64,000 bases of DNA from Octopus vulgaris (taxonomy: Eukaryota). Below the pieces are notes generated by a model. The model was not told where the DNA came from, searched no databases, and was given only the letters and a program-made list of their open reading frames with translations. Positions 55,374 through 64,000 of the stretch are shown piece by piece. Where the stretch lies: assembly GCA_951406725.2 (NCBI GenBank), contig OX597814.1, forward strand, positions 120,032,001-120,096,000, written 5' to 3'. The translations under genes and the position numbers were made by a program. Positions within the stretch are counted from its first letter, which is position 1. Each line of letters opens with the position of its first letter.

Positions 55374-55535
55374 GACAGACTTCTTTCAGTTTCCGTTTGC
55401 CAAATCTACTCATAAGTCATTGGTCGGCCCGAAGTTGCAGTAGGATACACTTGTCATAGGTGGCTCGCAGTGGGACTGAACCTAGAACCATGTGATTGGG
55501 AAGGAAGCTTCTTACCCCACAATGACGCCTACGAC
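54735..55535 (-). mobile_element. SINE family A split at its internal (TA)n by an insertion
   Basis: Tail/body 54735-54908 and head 55370-55535 flank 54940-55321. Confidence 0.8.
55058..55321. repeat. Near-perfect 128-bp-arm palindrome
   Basis: 55058-55185 versus 55194-55321, one mismatch seen, loop TGTCTTAC. Confidence 0.93.
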
Positions 55536-57339
55536 TATAAATATATATCTATAAAATATATGTGTGGTTATGTGTGTATGTGTGCGTGTGTGTACGTGTG
55601 TGTGAACATATAGATCTTTCCTCCTTCCGGAAAAAAAAGATATATATGACCTAATTATGAGTTTGACCGAATCAGCATAATTAAATGTTATACCATCGAA
55701 TGTGTATAAATTAACTGGAATCTCAATATCTGCATTATTTCAATGCAACTGTGGTTTGTAATTACTTCCCTTTTCCATTTTCCAAATTTGCAGCAGAAGA
55801 CAATTTTAAATTGAAACTAGGATTTATGATATAGTTAACTATTTGGTACGTTGTTTTTGGATGTGTATTATATGTGATTACGCGTCCGAAGCATATCTCC
55901 CTCTGCATGTTTATATATTTATCGGGATAATCTAAGTATCCTTATATAACCATAAGCGAAGTTTCTGGTGTCTCTCTATGACAGAATATTTTTATATAGA
56001 GGAATATGTGTGATAGGGCACATGGAATTTTTGCGGTGTTAAACATTGAGAGAAGGAAAATACGATGAGGGGAAGGAGTTGTATTGAACAAAATGTGTCT
56101 TACTTGATTAAGTATGACGTATGTGGACGGTCCATTTTGTATAGCATTATTCACAAACATTTACATGATAATGACAGAACCAGGCTTTCAATCGACATAT
56201 ATCATCCATGTATTTGATAGATATAACACAGTTATCTAAAAGGAATACTCTGGAAAACTCATTTTATTTATTGTCGGAATTAATTTCAAGACTGCGGTGA
56301 AAAATAGCTCAATGCACAGGAATATCAAAGAGCATGAACGTGGTCGGGATGAATACATATATACTTTCAATATATTTTAGTCTTTCAGTGTTATAGACTT
56401 AACTAGCAGGCAATGAAGTGGCCCTGAAGGGATCTCCTATAAGCCTCTCATAGATTGTTACCGGTTAGGCATGAGTTCCTGTTTTTTTTTTCTGAAGTAG
56501 TAGTGGTAATATGTGTTATACCATTTGTTGTATTTCAGAATGGGTACATATTCCCCGGAAAAGAGAATGAGTTTTTTGTTCGATGGAAAACGAAATAAGT
56601 GCACACAACCACTGAAATGTCACGTGCAGAAAGATAAAAAAAAGAAAGAAAGGTACCAACACAGACAGATAAAGGACATGCAGACAGGCACGCTTACATG
56701 CTCAAAGAACATATCGTATAGATCAATACATCGTGACAGACATGGAGCAGTGAGGACACGATGTTGATGAGGCTGCGCATGACGGAAAACAGTATTTCAG
56801 AAGCTATTTGTTTTATTGAAGAAATGGTTAGTCAAGGAATTGATTTAAAAGTTGGTTAACTATGTGATAAGTAATAACATTAAGAAATGAAGGACTTCTG
56901 GCAGCCGTGCTTTGATTAGCATTGTTACTCTATGCAAAATTCTCACAGAAATAATTTTCAAAGCAAATACAAAAAAGAAGGGGCACATGCATACACATAC
57001 ATGTATACTAACAAGCACGTGAGCACTCACACGTATACACTAACACGCATTCACACAAGCTTCAAAATACACACACATATTCACACATGCATTCAGTACT
57101 TTTAAAGGTTTAACCATCTATTTAATCACCATTACAGAACCCCCAAATTGACTGTAGACTGCATGCTAGGATCATCCATTAAGTTAAAGAGAAAAACTGT
57201 ATTTTACAGACAAAGGAAAAAGCTTGCAGTTGAGGGAACGTAAGTTGAATTCGTTGTATTTATGATTCTATTCCAAAACTTGAGAGGAATATCACCAAAT
57301 GTAATATCCATTCATTACACATAATAGAACTCAAGAAAA

Positions 57340-57540
57340 GTTAGCACGCCAGGTGAAATACTTAGCAGTATTTCGTCTGTATTTACGTACTGAGTTCAAA
57401 TTCCGCCGAGGTCGACTTTACCTTTTATTCTTTCGTGGTCGATAAAATACGCACCAGTTACGCACTGGGATCGATGCAATCGACTTAATCCCTTTGTTTG
57501 TCCCCTCTGTATTTAGCCCCTTGTGGACAATAAAGAAATG
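57340..57540 (+). mobile_element. SINE family B
   Basis: gttagcacgccaggtgaaatacttagc...gagttcaaattccgccgaggtcgacttt...ccccttgtggacaataaagaaat. Confidence 0.88.
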
Positions 57541-58429
57541 AATTTGCATAAATATTTGTCCATATCACTCTCTTTTTAATATATGTTCATCTCTTCATAT
57601 TTCTCTAATATTTTTCTTGTATAATAATCAGCATTATAATCTATAGAGTTATAAATAAAAACAAACACCTACAGATATATTCATAAAATATAAATTTGAC
57701 AAATATTGGATTCAAGCAATGTTTTACTCATTCATGCTGCCTTCGTCTCCTGCCTTGATAAAATTTTCTTTCTAAAACTTATCGCTACCAACTATATGAT
57801 CTATTTTTCTAACTTTCGTCATATTAATTAAGGTGCCATTAAAAGCAAACTATTTTACAAAGTAGATTTAGTTTCAGGTGATAGGCTGTAAGTTGCAAAC
57901 GTATATAATGTACGAACGAAATTTTAATTTATCTATGAATCAAGGACAGGCAGTGAAAGAATGTTGACTGTCAACAAAATCTTAGTTTAGTAAATTTAAT
58001 TACAAATTTATTAAAAATAATATTGCAGTTTTAAACCGACAGTGATCATTCTATTACAACAAAGTTAACACGCGCAATTGGTGTTGAATTAAGCGCAGTA
58101 GTTAAATTGTAATCCAGCTCAAAGCAAACGTAAAAAATAGTAAAGTAATTTCCTGAATGTGAAAGACACCCATTTATAAAATATTTCAACAGTTAAAGGA
58201 AAAAGGAAGAGCATTATATAGCACATGAAACTAAAGTAGCTGGCAGAAGCATATGGTAATGTCCAGAAGCCGATTTTAAATAATCAGCTTATCCATGTAA
58301 AATGCTTTAAAATTTTAATACTTATATTCAGCATCAACCCGTTTTCTTTATTTCAGCTTAAAATTTTTTTAATGAATACGAGTGAAATAAAAGTGCCTAG
58401 AATTTTAGTAATATAACAATTAATATTAT

Positions 58430-58610
58430 AATACAGTTCTATATTCAAGAGATGCGGAATTATGCACATTATTTACATTCCACGGATATGTGTTCTCATC
58501 TTGTTTGTTGTAAACACAACGTTGCATCTGATATACCCTCCGGCCTTCATCAGGTGTCTTGGTGAAATTTTGAACCTGGATTCTCATTCCTAAGGTATTT
58601 TTCGATGTTA
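58430..58610 (-). mobile_element. Headless copy of the HHR-bearing tail of the 11970 element
   Basis: Reverse complement matches 12078-12230. HHR relic at 58513-58558. Confidence 0.8.
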
Positions 58611-59218
58611 TAAAAAAACATTTTTTACTTAAATGTTATTTTCCTTAAAGGTTTTTTTCCTTAAACGTTTATTCCTTTTAATTTTTTTTATTCCTTAAAT
58701 TTTTAATATTCAGTTATTTTTAATATTCAGTTATTTCTTTCATCAGTCAAGCACCAGATTATCCTCGCAATTATGGCTAGTTAATCTTGAGATTGCTCCA
58801 AGTAAAAACTAAGCTAAGAGCATTAGATTCTTTGGAAAAAAGCAGCCAATGTATACAAAAACAAGGACGGAAAAAACAAAGTTACACAAATATAAATACA
58901 ATAATAAATACCATAAAAATATAATAATAGTAATAACAACAAGTGTCTTTCGACTAAGGATGAATTGAATTAAGCTGGCGCGTGTGGAAATGTAGCCTTG
59001 CGGCAGAGATAGAAGTAGAAGCAGAGGGAGAGAAGAATTAAGGAGTGACGTGAAAAAAGGACAGGGACGCAGTGAAGTGAAAAGTGGAGGGAAAGTGAGT
59101 AAGAATTGAAGACATCCGGGTATATATTATATTAGGGGAAACGAAACAACAAAGACCAAGGCAGGGCGGGTATCTAAAGTTATTTAGAATAATTTAATTT
59201 GAGTAAGGTCAATTTCAT

Positions 59219-59294
59219 GTCTTACAGCTGTTTTGGGGATGTCCCTAGTGAAAGGGTAGCATGTCCGCACACTGGGCATTCCCTCGTCAGAAAC
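59219..59294 (-). ncRNA. PLE-type hammerhead relic with long stem II
   Basis: GUUU-CUGACGA-GGGAAUGCCCAGUG...CACUAGGGACAUCCCC-AAAAC-AGCU-GUA-AGAC; G12 is mutated to A. Confidence 0.65.
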
Positions 59295-59695
59295 CTTGTG
59301 AGAGTGTATACAATTTACAGTTTATATGGAATAAAATATAAGCATAAAGAGTAAACTGTAGATAGAAGAATACACCCAGGAGAATAAAGAATAAAAAAAA
59401 AGAATAATGTGTAAAAATATATAGAAAAGGAGAATAAAGACCACAGCTCATCTTTCTCCAGAATATATGTATATGTGTGTGTGTGTCTTTTAATTTCTCA
59501 TTGCTTTAGTCATTAAATTAAGGCAATTATAGGGCAACGAATTCAAGAATATTTAATCGGATGAATCAATCCCAATAATTTATATTTGGTAAGGCCGATG
59601 CATATTCAAACTACGTCTTTTGCCGAATCGCTAAGTCACAAGGAATTAAGCACATACGCACAAATGCAATGGTACACACGGAAATACACACACAT

Positions 59696-59749
<54 letters not shown>

Positions 59750-59759
59750 ATATATATAT

Positions 59760-59801
<42 letters not shown>

Positions 59802-59871
59802 TACTCTACTTCTGGTATGTGAGTACTCTTTTTTCCACCTTGTTTCATATTTTTGTGCTTACTCCGGTAAA

Positions 59872-59903
<32 letters not shown>

Positions 59904-60053
59904 AGACTTGGGCTTCCTTCAGTTTCCGTCTCCAAAGCACCCCTACAAGCTTTGTTCGGCTCGAGACTACAGTAGATAACACTTGCCCAATATATATCTA
60001 CTGTATAAACATCATGTAAAAATCCTACATGATAAATTTTATTTTAGTTTCAT

Positions 60054-60133
60054 TTTACTTGAAGAAAAGTTTTTTTACAGGATTCAATTAATTTCCTTAT
60101 CAATAACAACACCTCTGAAACAGCTGTAGTGAA
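60054..60133 (+). ncRNA. PLE-type hammerhead relic
   Basis: UUUAC-UUGAAGA-AAAG...CUCU-GAAACAGCUGUA-GUGAA; stem II decayed. Confidence 0.45.
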
Positions 60134-60679
60134 CGCCAGCCCATTTATAGGGTTATTGATACTACACCATACTTGAGATCTTCCTTGCGTTGGATCTTGG
60201 GCATACGTGCACTGTATGCCGAAGTACAATCCTGTGTGATTTTATGTATACGCTTCGTTCATTTGGTCTGTACATGTTGGTAAATGTGTAACTGGAAAGA
60301 CACATCCCTGTATACTTTACTGAGTACGTGTGGGTCAGCACACGGTGTTGATACACTGTTATAATGTCCCCAACTCTACCAAGCTGCCTTTGTTATATCT
60401 CCATTCTATTTGTCCCCGAAAACAATTTGTATGTGTGTGGGCGCACATGTGTATTAAGTATGCGTGCGCGCGTTCATTTAAGTACTTTGCTAGAAATAAT
60501 TATCCTTCATTATCCACAATAAACTTTAGCAGTTTCGAAGTCGTATATCCTGTCTTGAATGAGATTGCTGAGGAACAATACGAATAATCGTAACACTGCG
60601 GGCCCAAAAGGGAATTTCAGGACTGTATTTTTATTCGACACCAAATAGATGGGTCTTCATTGTTATTATTGTTATTAAT

Positions 60680-60799
60680 ATTCTTCTTCTTCTTCTTCTT
60701 CTTCTTCTTCTTCTTCTTCTTCTTCTTCTTCTTCTTCTTCTTCTTCTTCTTCTTCTTCTTCTTCTTCTTCTTCTTCTTCTTCTTCTTCTTCTTCTTCTT

Positions 60800-60830
<31 letters not shown>

Positions 60831-60844
60831 TTATTATTATTATT

Positions 60845-60880
<36 letters not shown>
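60680..60880. repeat. (TTC)n-(TTA)n-(TTG)n compound microsatellite
   Basis: Pure trinucleotide runs. Confidence 0.97.
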
Positions 60881-62378
60881 ATTTGTGATTACAGTGTTAT
60901 CTAAACAATGATATTAGCAATGTGTTGTGCTTTACGAAGAATTGCTTCCATTAATAACAAATGTTACTTTGTAAATATTCTGTATAATATCGATGTGTAC
61001 TTTACTGATTGTCCTAGATTTGCAATTTACTTCATCATATGATGTATCGTAATTCCTTCCTATCATTTTATGTGTATAGTGTGCTTACAGGAAGTGATAT
61101 ACTTTTATAGTCAATAGAACAACTGAAGTCGTGAAGCTTACAAGCTTCACATATGAAAATATATCTCTAAATCGCAGCGTTGATTAATGGCTTTTCTGCG
61201 CACTTACCGGTTTCTAGATAAGAATTAATAAAAGGCTCTTTTTTTCACTTTCAATTTTAGTATTTCTCTCCTGTATTATTAGTATTAGAACATAGTTTGT
61301 TTGGTGATTAACGATGAAGTGAAGACTCATAGGCCAGCAGAACGCTAGAATAAATATATATAGAATATACTAATCGCACATAAATATAGAACATTGCTGG
61401 AATGATGATAAATAAACTAAAATGATAAACGGAGTTTGGTAGAGATATATAAGAATAACAAGCTATTCATGAAAACTGCACTCAATATTCGTAATTGAAA
61501 GTAAGAAACTACATGTCTCCTTGCGCACATCGGCAAGTTCATAAACATGTTCTTAACAGTCTGGGGCGGGAGAACACTCTCCAAAATGATGGTCTAGATT
61601 CCGACATCTAGGGTTTCTTAATGAATGATCCAAAATACCTGATGGAGATTTACATTAGCTTGAAAATAATGCGTCAATCGCTTGTGACACATGTGTCGAT
61701 TAAGTGCGAACATGTGCTACGTATTTGCGCCATCCCTTTGATACTGAGATTCACCACTGCACCTAACGCTTCGACGTTTACAGTGGTTTCCACTTGAAGC
61801 CATTTGAAAAGACGGAAGATGATATGCCCTATCTGTATGTTATTTACAGCCATCAATATTGTACATCATAACGCGCACATCCTTATGCAACATATAGAGC
61901 CACAAGTTCATTTTTCTACTTAGGTTGAAGTTCATATCGCAGAAAATGAAATCCCGGCAGATTTCCGCAGAGACTTATTCAGCAAGCACTTCCACTAAAT
62001 GAAGGTATCCTCGATGATGTGTTGTGTTATACAAGGACTGCTCTATATCCATCATGTGAAAATGAAACTTATACTAATGCTCTGTAGAACATGGTTTATA
62101 TATATATATATGAGATTCCAGAAATCACATGTTTATTGCGATCATTGTCTGTATAGCGGACTGTACTGAATACAATACAGTCCGCTATATTCGTGGATCA
62201 TAGATCACGAGTTCATTTCTTCGGGCGATACTATATTTAGCCTACTTTAAATCGGCATAGGTCGGTACAACATTATAAAACAGCCATTACAATTTAATAC
62301 CATTAGGTTGTAGCTGACATGATCAAATAGGTTTTTACATTCCCACTCAAAAACGTTTCCTATAAACGAACTTAATGA

Positions 62379-62409
<31 letters not shown>

Positions 62410-62830
62410 TGTATACCATCATGCACACTCCAACTCCCACACGAACACATAATACCTAAACGGAGATAATGTATATACATACATACACACACACGCAATA
62501 CCCATAGACAGGCAGCACACATAGACAAAGATAACATTCGCCCACATACATACGCAATACGTACATACACTATTTAGTCACAGAGGCACACACACACAAA
62601 CAGGTCAAACTCTATCGTCACCATTCCTACATACAGACGTACACACTGACACATTCCATTCTCTCATACACCCATACGCTTACGCACCTCCTGTTTTTGG
62701 TATATCATGAATTATCTTCCCTTCATTCAATATCTCTCACTATTATCTCCCTTTCATTCAACCTCTAACGTACCAGCAAAGTGGATGTTTTAGACAATCC
62801 TTTGAAGGAATTCCTTTACATAGTTTGTTA

Positions 62831-62876
<46 letters not shown>

Positions 62877-63364
62877 CGTGTGTGTGTATGTGTGTAGACA
62901 ATAATGCAAATAACAAGATTTTTGAGCTTGATTTATTAAATATACATACATATACGCGCACTTATACACATGTATGTATGTATGCTTGTATGTAAGTTTC
63001 TAAACATTTCGCCGACCACAATTCCTGCGATGGTCGTAGTGGGAGTTTTCTCAGATACTACCTCATTTAATTTCCATGGCTGAATGACGGAACATCAAAT
63101 TTTCCATGTATAATGAAACATATTCGTTGCCGAACGGAAAGTGATTTGGAGGTAAAAGACGTGTGGTGTGGGGAGAAAATGGGGAAAAGAACTGAGTGTA
63201 TTTAATGAAGAAGGTGAAACTCACAGTGTGAAGAAAGAGAAATAAAAGTAGAAATAGAAGAGTTAAAGATTGGAAGAGTTAAAGAAGAAAGTATAGAAGG
63301 AATAAAACGAAAAACGAGGAGTTATTAGGAGTGAAGAAAAGAGGGAGGAGGATGAGAATGGAGG

Positions 63365-63518
63365 GACAACGACGACAACGAGAACGACGACGACGACGAC
63401 GAAGAAGAAGAAGAAGAAGAAGAAGAAGAAGAAGAAGAAGAAGAAGAAGAAGAAGAAGAAGAAGAAGAAGAAGAAGAAGAAGAAGAAGAAGAAGAAGAAG
63501 AAGAAGAAGAAGAAGAAG
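63365..63518. repeat. (GAC)n-(GAA)n microsatellite
   Basis: Pure trinucleotide runs. (TA)n, (TG)n and (TATG)n tracts occur throughout the window and are not listed individually. Confidence 0.97.
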
Positions 63519-64000
63519 CTCTTATTCACAAGGTTGTCATAAATATTTAAGTCGAATCACTTCAAATTCGAGACGCCTCCATAATTGAAAATGCCGGAAT
63601 AGTGATTATATTGTGTATGCTGTATGAAAGTCATTTGTTTTTGCATGCTAGAACAATATTTAATATTAATAGTATTCAAATATGTGAAAATATTCATAGC
63701 TCTAGGATAAGGTTTGGACTTCAGACTAAATTCTGACAAAGCTGATGCCTTCTACGATTTGATATGCTTTTAATATTCATTAAATATTAGAAAATGTTTA
63801 ATGTTCTCATGTTTTATTTAAATAATACTAGTTAAACAGATACACCATTAGGACGAAGAGTAGGGAAGTGATTTTCTTTATAAATACTGGTTGGTACTTT
63901 AAGTTACAAACAATTAAATGAATATAGTTTTAGCAAGGTAAGTCTGGCAACAATATCAAACGCCTTTGAATTAATTACGAAGCATATACAGTCTAGGCTC

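Noticed and set aside
61560-61900. Possible LTR-retrotransposon integrase relic on the minus strand (IIFRLFKWLQV...)
   Set aside because: Similarity is weak and the catalytic D,D,E residues are not identifiable; needs a profile search.
62151-62211. Two small hairpins (tatagcggactgta...tacagtccgctata; tcgtg.atc...gatcacga)
   Set aside because: Real but short and single-copy here; no function or family can be assigned.

Overview
AT-rich, microsatellite-dense animal DNA with no intact host protein-coding gene that I can support. The repeat complement (tRNA-derived SINEs, CR1/RTE LINE pieces, mariner, dense (TA)n/(TG)n) suggests a cephalopod, probably an octopus, intron or intergenic region (inference). 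Most ORFs in the track are microsatellite artefacts. The window holds decayed CR1-group and RTE LINEs, a mariner and a hAT-like transposase relic, several SINE families and two Penelope-like element (PLE) GIY-YIG fragments. The main signal is a set of small, non-coding, mostly (TA)n-associated elements that carry minimal type I hammerhead ribozyme (HHR) motifs: a young 358-bp tandem retrozyme-like array (19171-20133), long fold-back palindromes with an HHR in each arm (9648-10475, 31534-31812, 26253-26528), a tRNA-headed SINE fused to an HHR, and further relics. The HHR cores vary at the 3-8 tertiary pair (C-G, U-A, G-C, U.G). I read this as a PLE-driven family of ribozyme-bearing non-autonomous retroelements. 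All folds were found by eye; ribozyme activity is untested.
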